From contig CDRNVI010000023.1 in assembly GCA_977017575.1 (NCBI GenBank), positions 248,001 through 312,000 on the forward strand: a stretch of 64,000 bases of DNA, in the 5' to 3' direction. A model generated the notes under the pieces. It did no database searches. It was not told the origin of the DNA and saw nothing but the letters and a program-made list of their open reading frames with translations. This stretch comes from Paramoeba atlantica (Eukaryota; Protista; Discosea). Shown here piece after piece: positions 22,226-33,998 of the stretch. Positions within the stretch are counted from its first letter, which is position 1, and every line of letters begins with the position of its first letter. Both the position numbers and the translations under genes were made by a program.

Positions 22226-23137
22226 ATGCACTCTTTTCCTCAATTTCACGCCGCGGACCCCGCCGCCGCGTCCCCTCTCCCCCGCACCTCCAAGGTCCAC
22301 GCGTCTACCCTCCCCGTGGAACTGCAACTGCTGCGTTTCCTCGAGGGCCTTACGCACCTACGGGAGGGCTGGAACCCCCACACCCCGGGGTGTTCATGGG
22401 AAGGGGTCACGTGCGACGGCAACGGGGTGCTACGTCGTGTCGCGTGGCTGGGAAAGGGTCTCCGCGGGACCCTCTCCTGGGCCCACACCCCTCCCACGCT
22501 CGAGGTGCTGAACCTCGGAAGCTCCGTGGGGAACGAAATTCGGGGAGAAATCCCCACGGCGTGTCTCCCTGCCTCGCTGCAGGCCTTTCGTGTCTCCCAC
22601 AACGCGTTCTCGGGACCGCTGGAGTGGGCCTCCCTCCCCCCGGGGTTGCACCGACTCGAGGGGATGCACAACCGCTTCGGCGGTCCCCTGGACTTGAGCG
22701 CACTGCCTCGGGATTTGGTACAGCTCAACGTTGGGGGAAATCACTTTGCGGGTCCCATTGGTCTGACCTCACTGCCCCCTACGCTGGTGGAAACGTATCT
22801 ACCGCGTAATCTTTTAAACGGGTCTGTTTATCTACAGGAGCTTCCTGGGAGGCTTCAAGCCCTTCATTTGGGTCATAATTTTTTTGACGGGGGGATCGAC
22901 CTCTCGGGTCTTCCCCCGTCGCTTCGTGTGCTGCGGTTAAATGACAACCGTCTTAGTGGATGCCCCGACGTATCCCGTGTTTCGCCGTCGCTTGTTTTTT
23001 TACATTTGCAAAATAATAAATTTTCTGGAATATTGGACTGTAGAAATCTTCCTACGAATTTACACCGTGTCTGGGTGAAAGGGAATGCCTTTGATGGCCA
23101 TCAGCCAGAAGTACTACCTGAGGCGGTGGATTGGTAG
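22226..23137 (+). CDS. LRR family protein (GC-rich member, long array)
   Basis: RTSKVHASTLPVEL leader, GWNPHTPGCSWEGVTCD cap, about 9-10 LRRs. Confidence 0.9.
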   Translation: MHSFPQFHAADPAAASPLPRTSKVHASTLPVELQLLRFLEGLTHLREGWNPHTPGCSWEGVTCDGNGVLRRVAWLGKGLRGTLSWAHTPPTLEVLNLGSSVGNEIRGEIPTACLPASLQAFRVSHNAFSGPLEWASLPPGLHRLEGMHNRFGGPLDLSALPRDLVQLNVGGNHFAGPIGLTSLPPTLVETYLPRNLLNGSVYLQELPGRLQALHLGHNFFDGGIDLSGLPPSLRVLRLNDNRLSGCPDVSRVSPSLVFLHLQNNKFSGILDCRNLPTNLHRVWVKGNAFDGHQPEVLPEAVDW

Positions 23138-23620
23138 GTAGGGCAAGGGGTAATACTGTCCTTTGTGAATAGCTGTGGGTAGAGGAGTTTTCGTTTCTGA
23201 TCATCGCTAGAAGCATCAGAGTCCTCTATTTCGCTGTAGACACGAAGCTGTGGTGATGTTCTGTGATGATGAAATGACGGCGTGTTTGTGTCAGATGAGT
23301 GCCTTATATTGGTAGGGACTAATTTTTGAATTATTATTATTATCCCTACCCCACGTGTGAAAGAAGCATTTGCCGTAACCCTTAATAGAAGAAAGGTAAT
23401 TTTCGGGCGCAAAGGGGTCTTTCTTTGCCGGAAAAGTGGGTGGTTAGAGTCGCATTCTCTTTCGCTGTGTCAGCGACTTTCTCTCTCTCTCTCTCTAAAA
23501 GCGACATCTTTTTGGTGTGCAGGAAAATTGCTTTTTATTGCACCGTACCTTACCTATCTCAGTCTCTAAAGCAATAACTATAATAATAATTGTACTTGCA
23601 ATAACTTTTGTTTTATTTCC

Positions 23621-24076
23621 ATGTTCGCTTGCAGCTCCAGATATTGTTTTGTGAACGCATACTCTCTCTTCGTCAAAGATCATCGTTTGGATATTAGAAA
23701 AAAATATCCACACTTTTCATTTTGTGAAGTAGGTAAGCAAATAGCGAAATTGTATCGCGCTCTTTCAGAAGTTCGCCATGCAGAGTACGTAAAAAAGGCT
23801 GCAAACCTCAACTCTATTGAGAAGGAAAAAATTAGAGAGGGAGCTTTGATACCAAAGCAACCCAAAAACAGTAGATCGCGCATAAAATCTGAACTGTATA
23901 AAAGTAATCCCTACATGCTGTTTGCCAAGGATGTCAAGGCAACTTTATCCGGCACAACCAGTCTAGGCGAAAGAGGAAAAAAGGTTGGACAACTATGGCT
24001 AGCCCTTCCTAAGGAACGAAGGGATTTCTATAAACGAAAAAGTGCTCTATTGCAGAAATCCATTAAAAAACGTTAG
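23621..24076 (+). CDS. Double HMG-box protein, KAP-like
   Basis: Two boxes: VNAYSLFVKD...VGKQIAKLYRALS and SNPYMLFAKD...KKVGQLWLALP. Confidence 0.85.
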   Translation: MFACSSRYCFVNAYSLFVKDHRLDIRKKYPHFSFCEVGKQIAKLYRALSEVRHAEYVKKAANLNSIEKEKIREGALIPKQPKNSRSRIKSELYKSNPYMLFAKDVKATLSGTTSLGERGKKVGQLWLALPKERRDFYKRKSALLQKSIKKR

Positions 24077-24452
24077 AAGAAAAGGGAAAATAGGTTAGAA
24101 TAGGGATTTATAACACGGAAATACAATTTTTTAAGGCAACATATGAAATGAAATTTCGCGAGAAACTTATAACTATGGGTAGCCAAGTATCGAATCTTTG
24201 CACCAGGGGACTCCTACGAAATCATGTTTCCGAAACGTTGCCTGTACTGTTTAGTATACTACAAGGAGCACTTACGCGTTCAAATGCAGGTGATGCTTCC
24301 CTTCTATACAGGTGCTCAGCAGATGTATCAATCTTTTTAAAATATTGATCCAGTATTAACGTTTTGCACTGAACTTTTCTTTCGCCATCTATTATTGCAT
24401 TTTTTCATTATCTTGAAACTTACTGACTTTCTATTTCACCACTCCACTCACT

Positions 24453-24854
24453 ATGCTTTTCCGTAGCCTAGGACTGCGTATGAACGCCTACATGGTGTTT
24501 AGCAAAGAAACCCGACAAAAAGTTATCGCTAGCAACCCTGGCATTCGATTCGGTCAGATTGGAAAAACCTTGGGAAAGATGTACAGAGATCTCTCTAAAG
24601 AGCAAATAGCAGCGTACGAGCAGAAGGCCAAAAGCCTGACACCCCCTAAAAAGATTTCGAAAGCCAAAAACCCGGGACGTTCCAAACGGGGTACTGCGAA
24701 TCCCTTTATGATATTCGTAAAAGCGAATCAGGAGAAAGTTCCGAAAACTCTAAAGCCGGTCCAGCGAGCAAAGGAACTTGGAAAACTGTGGCGCGCTCTA
24801 CCTGAGGCGGAGAAAGCTTCGTATTTTCGTAAGAGCAAAGAAATGACTTCTTAG
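24453..24854 (+). CDS. Double HMG-box protein, KAP-like, with short presequence-like N-terminus
   Basis: MLFRSLGLR, then MNAYMVFSKE...IGKTLGKMYRDLS and ANPFMIFVK...KELGKLWRALP. Confidence 0.88.
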   Translation: MLFRSLGLRMNAYMVFSKETRQKVIASNPGIRFGQIGKTLGKMYRDLSKEQIAAYEQKAKSLTPPKKISKAKNPGRSKRGTANPFMIFVKANQEKVPKTLKPVQRAKELGKLWRALPEAEKASYFRKSKEMTS

Positions 24855-25299
24855 GGTAGAATTCAAGACATACACTTTTTCAAGCAATACGAAATACAGA
24901 AAAATTAAACGGGATATACAATCATTTTCTAGATGAGTTTTTTCTTACTTTTTTTGTTCTGATCATTGACACGATTTCTATTTTGTTTTATTACCTCTGA
25001 GCTTAACGCATTGAAAGCGCTTGTAAGTGATTCGTAAAACAAGTTTTAAATATTTGTGGATATGCTTCGCCTAGAAATTTCAGTCAAAACATAGATTACA
25101 AATTTTTACTCAGCACATCAGTTCAATGTTAGGTTTTCAATAAAATAATTTTCATATAAATATTCTCTTATTCCTTCATTTGAATTTCCTTAAAAGTATA
25201 AATCGCCCAAAGAAAGTACGAATCGTTCAGATAAAATGGATAAAAGCTCGTCATTCAGTAAAAACTTATTTGTCTAAGTTCTTTGCTTAACTTTGTCGT

Positions 25300-27367
25300 T
25301 TAATTGCTTTCTTGGTCAAACGTCCACCAAGATTCCGGAAAAGTTTTGTCGTCGCTCGATGCTTCGGGTGCATGTATAGGTTCGTCAGGTTTCTTTTTGC
25401 CAAGGACAAACCCCCAGTTATCAAGACGAGAACGACTCAGAGAGGACCCAGTAGCGGCCTGTAGGCTTTTCTTGAAAGACTCTTCAATATTCTCTGTCGT
25501 AGTAGCCACGTTTTCCGGTTCAATACTAGAAGGAACAAAAGAGTAGTTCTTCAGAGTCTTTGATCGTAACTTGGCTAGGGTAGGGTTAGTGTACCCGAGA
25601 TGTTCAAATTGTTTTTTCACATCCATGTTTTCAACTGTTTTGGCGTGAGCTCTTGCTACGATGCTGTGTACCCATTGTCGCTTTTGCGCTGAAGTACGTG
25701 GTAAATTGTGTTCTGATTGCCACAGTTTCTCATGTTGATTGTAATGCGAAGCGTAATACACGTCGATCCATTGAATCCAGGATGTACACCCGGCGGGGAA
25801 AACAGCAGGGTAGCAGTGAGCGCTTTTGAGAAAGGAATCCAACACTTGTTGTGTAACATATGAGCGGCAGGAATCTGAAATAAGTAATGATGGATGGGCA
25901 GTTTCTTCGAAAAGTTGCTTTTTTAAGTACGGAACATATGCAGAAAGAAAGAATTCAGTGTTTGCAACACCTTTTGGCGTGAAGGCTCGACCGGTACGAG
26001 GATCAAAACTTTCTTTTTGCATAATTACACCCTTTGCCTTCCATAAGATCATTGGCTTCAAGAAGAAGTGGGCAACAGAATTGAAATTTTCATCGATCTC
26101 AACAACAGCTCCGCTGATGAGAGTCGCGCACCTCTTGCTGTCATTTGGGTTAACTTTTACGACGACATCGGGGTCACCTCGAACAGCAACTGTCTTGAGC
26201 GCGCTCATTGTTCCACGAACAGAAATGGGAATTTCATCGAAGTTTATAACACGCCGAAAAAGTTTTGTCTGTAGAGAGCGATGGATGAACTCATGAAATT
26301 TTTGAACCTTGGATAAAATTTCGTCAGGAGTCATTTTTGTCTGTCGTTTTACCAGTTGAAGACTTAAATGTGCGCTTCGAAGAAATCGAGAAACCCAAGT
26401 TTAGCTCACCGTGGTGATTGTTTCGTTTTGTGCTTGTACAGGGTGTTCGGACAAGTATAAGTGAGCTTGATTCATAATAGTTGAGAACGTGACCAAACCA
26501 AATGCGTTTCGCGCTCCTCGTATAAAAGCATTTAAATGCTTTTTCAAATCCTCTAGAGGGTGATTCTTTCTATGTGGTGTTCTCATGTCTGTCTCTGCAC
26601 TCACTTTTCCCCATTCAATCAATTGAAGCTTGGTACATAAGCGGTACTTATTTTTAGCCCACTTGTTTCGAATGTATTCGTTAAGCTTCGGAAGAAGGCC
26701 GTATTTTGACTCACCTTCCGGCAAAGTCATATAATACGCATAAACGCAACGTTTTACTTCTGCTGGCACGTCCACACGGTATCCGCGATCTTTATTTTCT
26801 GATTTGGGTCTGCATGCACGGTAGTTATCTTTGACACGACGTCGTTTATGTCCAATGACATCGGGTGTGCTTGCACTATCAGAGGCGATCTCATTCTTAG
26901 GTATGCAAGGGTTAAGTGGGCTTCCTGGATAATGCACGCCATCAACGTGATCTATAGATCCTTCCTCAAGGTCACTCATTTTCTCTAGGTCGCTGCTTTC
27001 TTCACAAAGCAACCCTTCACGGATAGAGTAGGTATCGAGATTGCTCATATCTTCTTCGACTCCAAGTTCATCTACGGCACCTTCGTCCCCTTTCAGTGAT
27101 ACACATTCTTCGTCTGTGTCCACCGCTTGTACAAAATCAGAGGTTTGTTCCCGATGCCGAATAGCCCCTTCTTTAAATAAATTATCCATCCGAAAAGGGA
27201 AATGCAATAATAATCCGAGATACAATAATAATCCGAAAGTGCAATAATAATGTGTAAAATGCAATTATAATCCGAAAGTGCATTAATAATCCAAAATGCA
27301 ATAATAATCCGAAAGTGCATTAATAATCCAAAATGCAATAATAATCCAAAAAGCAATAATAATACGC
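25300..27367 (-). mobile_element. pogo/Tigger-like (DDE_1) transposon; transposase 27189->25300 with one in-frame TAA (26403-26401)
   Basis: TTVS*TWVSRFLR (Tc5-type HTH) and catalytic-type motifs VINFDEIP, LLISDSCRSY and IQWIDV. The two ORFs are in the same frame, separated by 22 codons after the stop. Confidence 0.8.
27201..27363. repeat. Subterminal array of nine 18-20-bp units (TGCAATAATAATCCGAA)
   Basis: Read directly. Sits at the 5' end of the pogo-like element. Confidence 0.85.
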
Positions 27368-27427
27368 ACCCCCGTTTAACTGTTTTTCTCCTTCAATGTC
27401 TGCAGCTCCGACTAATTTCGCATGCTT

Positions 27428-28174
27428 TCAGAGGATTTTTTTTCGCACCGAACCCGCGACCCGCAGCCCCTCTATTGTCCATGTAACACATTGCGCAAAG
27501 TATGGAGCCCGGGAAAACCCCATGGGCAATACCTTTAGAGAGAAAACTTTACCTGCACATAATATAGAAACAAAATTTTCTATTCCCCTGGGAAATGCAA
27601 TTTGGTGAAACTCATGTCTCATATCTGCACTTAACATGTACCCGTGCGGAAAGCATGATATAGCACATCTCACCTCTGACAAGGTAGGCAGGTTCACACA
27701 TAACGGTTTTTTGCATAGTACGTTTAATGCAGTTCCATCAAAAATGCTGCGTGACGCAGTATTATTCTTTGGGACCTCGAAATAGCGGAGAAACACGCGA
27801 GCACAATTGTGTGGATTTCTGATTTCCTCTAGCACTCTGCTTTTTACCAGTTCGTGCAGATGGTCCAACCATTTTCTTTCTGAGTATGAGCCATGACGAC
27901 TTTTAATAGATTCCAGGCCCACCATTTCTCGGAAAGAGGACGCGTCTTGGAGCGCTCCCAAACTTTCTGTTGCCCACTGAAGATCCATGTTGCTACCTAC
28001 ATTTTTGAGATACCGTAAGCTAATGATTCCTGCTACATTTATTGGATCAAGCGGCAGCATCTGCGTCGCCCGAATTTTCGAAAACAAGGTTCGCGACGTA
28101 GCGTAACCACCTTCGTCCAGTGGCTCCATTTCAAGGAAATCTGCTCCGTTCATTATAGATTTATTTTGTGGCAT
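27428..28174 (-). mobile_element. DIRS/VIPER-type reverse transcriptase fragment
   Basis: FEVPKNNTASRSIFDGTALN, SADMRHEFHQI and KVLPMGFSRAPYFAQ (RT motifs 1-4). The YxDD region is degraded or truncated. Confidence 0.75.
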
Positions 28175-29023
28175 TCGTGATAAGGCTGCTATTCAGAAAA
28201 CTGTATGTCGGCTTCTTGGAATACAAGAAACCTTTTTTTTTATCAGTATGATGTACGGGAACATTTTTTTTGTGAGCTTCTTAGAAGCCACCGTGCGTAT
28301 TACTTTGTCATAAGAAATTAAGAATTATTCAAAGGGTAGATCCCGTAGCATATTTATAACATTATGATTTAATAAATCCCATCAGGGTTCGCAGAAACTA
28401 TAAAACTATCAATGTAGTACTATATAGTTACTATAAACTTTTTTCGAAAACTATAAAAAGCTATATTTTTTTGCTTCACATTTTAAGCACTCCGAAGCTC
28501 ACCAACACGCCATAAATACACGGCGAATTCATTTGTGTACGATTCTTCTAATTTTTAAACCCGAAAATTGATGCCCGAAATTAAAGTTACGAGGGGTAGT
28601 TTCTGCAAAGATTATTTTATTGAACTGCTGCACACGGAGGGAAGTAAACAAGCGGTTGAATGTAACTTGTGTCAGGAGGTGACGTACCCCAGTCCCATCG
28701 CGTGGCCTTGACAGATTGCCTTGTGCGAATCTTGCGTCCCGAACATCTCACTGCATCGCTGCCGCCGCGCGTTGGCTGGAGCCACCGACGTTATGTCTTG
28801 GGACTGAATAACTGCTGCTCACAATTCTATGAGTGTGAATAAATACAATCATATGAGTCTGAATAAATTACGCGGTGTGTTGTCGAGTGGAGAGTTTGTA
28901 CTTCCTATCGTCACTCCTTTCGCATGCGTTTCATTGCTATTTCCGAGGAGATGACACACTAGTTGATGATATTTTTCGGCGCTGATGGAATCGCGGGGAA
29001 GAGGGAGGATGTTTCGATAGCTA

Positions 29024-29801
29024 CAGTGGTTTCAGTTGATCTTGGCCCCCCCCCTCGGAATTTTGATTTTTTTTATCCTTTTTTGCTGATCTTTGCAGCA
29101 TTGGAGAGATCTTGTTCCCCTAGCGAAGAGCTTTGCCACCTTTTTTTCATAGAGACCCCCTGATGCCCCCTGGGTGACCCGAAAGTTGACCAAAATAAAA
29201 AAAATGATAGTTTTTTACCATATCAAAAATGAAACAAAAAAGGGAATTTGTGTCCAAAAGTTAACTCTGAAGGAAAAGAACTAGTATCCGGAATGGCCTC
29301 CATTGTTTTGCAACACTTTTTGAAGTCTATTTGGGACTGAATCAATTGTGCTGCACACTTTATGTTTTTCTTGAGGACTTTGTGGGGTATTGGGGGGTTG
29401 TCTTCTCTTTTGTCATTCCATCCTTGTACGTACTCCTCCTGCTTGGGGTTAGAGGGTCTGGTCTGCATAATGTAGAGGTGTTGACTATATTAAATTAAGC
29501 GATAGGGATGGTACTAGACATGGAGCTTTCAAATTATCAATTTAGAACACTATTACTCGTACTTACATGTGTAAAATGTACAGAAAATCGGGAAAATGTA
29601 GCAAAAAATGGTTGTGTACACAGAAAACGTCCAAAAAAACAGTGTTTTTTGGACCCAGGGGTCACCAGGGGGTCTCTATGAAAAAAAGGCGTCAAAGCTC
29701 TTCGTTAGGGGAACGAGATCTCTGCAATGCTGCAAAGTTCAGCAAAAAAGGATAAAAAAAATCAAAATTCCGAGGGGGGGCAAGATCAACTGAAACCACT
29801 G
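29024..29801. mobile_element. Tc1/mariner-type MITE (778 bp) with long TIRs
   Basis: TA|CAGTGGTTTCAGTTGATCTTG...CAAGATCAACTGAAACCACTG|TA. Inverted similarity extends about 150 bp. Confidence 0.9.
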
Positions 29802-30357
29802 TATGTAACCCAGGATAAAGTGGACGAGGGAGGTTCTAAAAGCACCTTTAAACCACCACAAAAATGGAATGATATCTCCCGGTTTGTAAAGGATTCCAAC
29901 GTGCCAAAAGAATCTTTAAGGAAATTAAGAATCTTTAAGAATCTTTCTCTCTACATACCCTTCCATTTTTATGGTGGTTTGCCAAAGGTGCTTTTAGTAT
30001 CTCCCTCGTCCACTTTAGCTTGGGTTACATTTTTTTCAGAATTTCTTGTCATATCATACGTATGTAAGCGTGTAAGACCGCATGTAGAGGCGTGTGTATG
30101 TCCTTCACAAGCGGAGAGGACTCAAAAAATATCACTTGTAAAGTGAAAAAAACTTTATAGTTTTCTTATAGTTTTATAGTAAAATATAGTAAACATAGTA
30201 CTATATAGTAACTATATTCAATGAAAAAATCTATATTTTACTATATTCTCTGGCGAATTCAGATCCCCATGTAATCCACTCATTTTGAGCGGCTAAGGAC
30301 ATTGTGTGGCATTATTCTTCATTATTAGCGTATGAAAAATCAACGAACAGTTCAGTA

Positions 30358-30761
30358 TTCGTGGTCCCTTGAAGCAGGACAATCTTACTCGTATCATTGA
30401 GTGATATGCAGCACTATCAGGCCACCACACTCAATGGTACCTTGGGCAGTACACTCATCTACACCTTCGCCCAAAATTTTATACCCCTATTTAGTTCGAA
30501 CATTTTGGAAAGATATGCCTGTTTTTTTCATTGCTACGCATTTAGAACAGAAACGCATTTGTTCTGCATTTGATATCTCAATAGATCCGTCACAGGCGAT
30601 GTACATATTCCAGTGGTAGAACAAAAAAATGTGTGTATAAAATTTTGGGCGAAGGTCTAGATGAGTGTACTGCCCAAGGTACCATTGAGTGTGGTGGCCT
30701 GATAGTGCTGCATATCACTCAATGGTACGAGTAAGATTGTCCTGCTTCAAGGGACCACGAA
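30358..30761. repeat. 127-bp inverted repeat with 150-bp spacer
   Basis: 30358-30484 vs 30635-30761, 2 mismatches. Each arm has an internal GTA(C/T)CATTGAGTG/CACTCAATGGTAC palindrome. Confidence 0.95.
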
Positions 30762-31514
30762 GAGCAGATGGGGGGGTTCGTGCGACAAAGATCACCACCC
30801 CGTATTAGCTCTACCTCGCATGACCGCAGCGCCGCATAAAACAGAACTCGTACTGCATCCGCCAATTGTTTCCCATTTTCATGTTGTTTGAACCATTCTA
30901 TAAGGTGAAAAAGCATACTCTCAGATATGGAGCCACGCGGAGGGCGCGATACTTTGTTTTTTAAGTTGAGCGCAAAGTTCCCCTCCTAAAAAGGGGTCAT
31001 CAAAAGTACCTAACCAAGTGCACAGCTTTGTGTTTAAGTCTTGATTTTGAGATCGACTACTCTTTTGAGTGAGTTCTTTGGGGGTATCTATAATCAATTC
31101 TGCTAGTTTCCGACGTTTGAAGGAAAACTCCAGTTCATCCTTAAAAAGGAAAGAATTGTTCTTTTGAGCGACTTCCAAAATTCGGCGAGTGATCTTTGAT
31201 TTCTCCTCTTTCGAAGAAGTAGCATAACATTGCTCAACAAAAGCCATTACAGTGGTGAGACAAGATTCTTCCGGAGCTAAGTGTAGCAGAGAAGCCAGAG
31301 AATCGAGTGAAATTTCTTCTTTATATGTCAGCTTGACTTTCATATCCATTTTTTCGGCAGCAAATGTTCGAGGCTTCTTCAATAGGACATCTATTTCTTC
31401 GTTCCCCGAAGACAAAGCTTCGAGATTTTTTCCTGGACCGATGATCGATTCACGATCTAATGCTTCGCTACCTAAGGATCTCTTCTTCAGAGCCTGCTTG
31501 GCCTGCTTACCCAT
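30719..31514 (-). mobile_element. Tyrosine-recombinase region of a YR retroelement (frameshifted, truncated)
   Basis: VRVLFYAALRSCEV matches YR box I (L..G.R..E). It lies upstream of the RT fragment on the same strand. Confidence 0.5.
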
Positions 31515-32021
31515 GTAGGCTGAAATGGATTAAGAGGAGAAAGACTGAAGCTTAACTTTAATGTTGCCTTCTATTTTCAGATTTCATCTTTTATCTGCTC
31601 CTTCCCCCCCCCCCTTTTTTTGAACAATTCTTTGGGCAAGCAAGCTCCGCTTCCGAGGCTGAGAAAACGTTGCGTTGATGACGTTCTGGAGAGGAATCAC
31701 CAACGCTTGCATTTTCACAGCCATCGTAAGCACCTTGATATCGGGACCAAGCCACACCTAATGGCCCATAGCATTCCCAATTTCTCCTTTTCTTCTGTCG
31801 ATTGTGCGAGTCACACCATCAATTATTGAGCCTGTCGTCTATTGACAACAACCGTAATTATGTTAACGTACAGAAATATTTCTTGTAGAATATGTCACTA
31901 CTTTCCCTAGATGAAAAAACCTCATTAACCCAGATTGAGGGACGATCTCCAAGTCAACCGGAAGTATGACAAGCACCGGAGCAGTGATCCCCATTAACCC
32001 AGAGGAATGATCCTCATCAAT

Positions 32022-32595
32022 CCAGAAGGATGACCTTCCGTGTACTCCTGGGGATGACCCCAACAAACCTGAGGGATGACCCTCCGTGTACTCCTGGGGA
32101 TAAAACCCAACATACCTGAGGGATGACTCTCCGAGTACTCCTGGGGATGACCCCAACAAACCTGCGGGATGACCCTCCGTGTACTCCTGGGGATGACCCC
32201 AACTAACCTGAGGGATGACCCTCCGTGTACTCCTGGGGATAAAACCCAACAAACCTGAGGGAAGACCCTCCGTGTGCTCCTGGGGATAAAACCCAACAAA
32301 CCTGAGGGATGACCCTCCGAGTACTTCTGGGGATGACCCCAACTAACCTGAGGGATGACCCTCCGAGTACTCCTGGGGATGACCCCAACTAACCTGAGGG
32401 ATGACCCTCCGAGTACTTCTGGGGATGACCCTAACTAACCTGAGGGATGACCCTCCGAGTACTTCTGGGGATGACCCTAACTAACCTGAGGGATAACCCT
32501 CCGAGTACTCCTGGGGATGACCCCAACAAACCTGAGGGGTGACCCTCCGTGTACTCCTGGGGATAAAACCCAACAAACCTGAGGGATGATCCTCC
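32022..32595. repeat. Minisatellite, 12 full 46/47-bp units plus a partial unit
   Basis: Unit CCTGAGGGATGACCCTCCG(T/A)GTACTCCTGGGGAT(GACCC/AAAACC)CAAC(T/A)AA. Confidence 0.95.
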
Positions 32596-32759
32596 CGCCT
32601 ACCCCCTCACACTTCGTCGAAAAATCGACGACGCCGGGCTTGGGTATGAAGCGTGTTTACGATGCCTGTGAAAAAGCTTTTTATTGCACCGTACCTTACC
32701 TATCTCAGTCTCTAAAGCAATAACTATAATAATAATCGTACTTGCAAAAACTTATTTCC

Positions 32760-33220
32760 ACGTTCGCTTGCAGCTCCAGATATTGTTTTGTGAACGCATA
32801 CTCTCTCTTCGTCAAAGATCATCGTTTGGATATTAGAAAAACATATCCACACTTTTCATTTTGTGAAATAGGTAAGAAAATAGCGAAACTGTATCGCGCT
32901 CTTTCAGAAGTTCGTCATGCTGCAAACCTCGACGCAAAAAAGCTGCAAACCTCAACTCTATTGAGAAGGAAAAAATTAGAGAGGTAGCTTTGATACCAAA
33001 GCAACCCAAAAACAGTAGATCGCGCATAAAATCTGAACTGTATAAAAGTAATCCCTACATGCTGTTTGCCAAGGATGTCAAGGCAACTTTATCCGGCACA
33101 ACCAGTCTAGGCGAAAGAGGAAAAAAGGTTGGACAACTATGGCTAGCCCTTCCTAAGGAACGAAGGGATTTCTATAAACGAAAAAGTGCTCTATTGCAGA
33201 AATCCATTAAAAAACGTTAG
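32760..33220 (+). pseudogene. Disabled copy of the first double-HMG gene
   Basis: ATG changed to ACG at 32760, and a frameshift near 32915-32945, relative to 23621..24076. Confidence 0.85.
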
Positions 33221-33596
33221 AAGAAAAGGGAAAATAGGTTAGAATAGGGATTTATAACACGGAAATACAATTTTTTAAGGCAACATATGAAATGAAATTT
33301 CGCGAGAAACTTATAACTATGGGTAGCCAAGTATCGAATCTTTGCACCAGGGGACTCCTACGAAATCATGTTTCCGAAACGTTGCCTGTACTGTTTAGTA
33401 TACTACAAGGAGCACTTACGCGTTCAAATGCAGGTGATGCTTCCCTTCTATACAGGTGCTCAGCAGATGTATCAATCTTTTTAAAATATTGATCCAGTAT
33501 TAACGTTTTGCACTGAACTTTTCTTTCGCCATCTATTATTGCATTTTTTCATTATCTTGAAACTTACTGACTTTCTATTTCACCACTCCACTCACT

Positions 33597-33998
33597 ATGC
33601 TTTTCCGTAGCCTAGGACTGCGTATGAACGCCTACATGGTGTTTAGCAAAGAAACCCGACAAAAAGTTATCGCTAGCAACCCTGGCATTCGATTCGGTCA
33701 GATTGGAAAAACCTTGGGAAAGATGTACAGAGATCTCTCTAAAGAGCAAATAGCAGCGTACGAGCAGAAGGCCAAAAGCCTGACACCCCCTAAAAAGATT
33801 TCGAAAGCCAAAAACCCGGGACGTTCCAAACGGGGTACTGCGAATCCCTTTATGATATTCGTAAAAGCGAATCAGGAGAAAGTTCCGAAAACTCTAAAGC
33901 CGGTCCAGCGAGCAAAGGAACTTGGAAAACTGTGGCGCGCTCTACCTGAGGCGGAGAAAGCTTCGTATTTTCGTAAGAGCAAAGAAATGACTTCTTAG
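33597..33998 (+). CDS. Double HMG-box protein, KAP-like (identical protein to 24453..24854)
   Basis: Translation is identical to 24453..24854. Confidence 0.88.
   Translation: MLFRSLGLRMNAYMVFSKETRQKVIASNPGIRFGQIGKTLGKMYRDLSKEQIAAYEQKAKSLTPPKKISKAKNPGRSKRGTANPFMIFVKANQEKVPKTLKPVQRAKELGKLWRALPEAEKASYFRKSKEMTS

Larger units (their letters stand above)
23530..25192 (+). repeat. 1.66-kb segmental duplication, copy 1 (HMG gene pair)
   Basis: Direct repeat of 32676-34336. Confidence 0.95.

Noticed and set aside
24148-24348. 66-aa intergenic ORF conserved at 33292..33492
   Set aside because: The identity is explained by the segmental duplication, and there is no motif.
28383-30262. hAT-like element bounded by CAGGGTTCGC and CTATA-rich subtermini
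   Set aside because: The right end matches poorly and there is no TSD. It is probably a relic but cannot be delimited.
32022-32595. CRISPR array
   Set aside because: The units are contiguous with no unique spacers, there are no cas genes, and the context is eukaryotic. It is a minisatellite.
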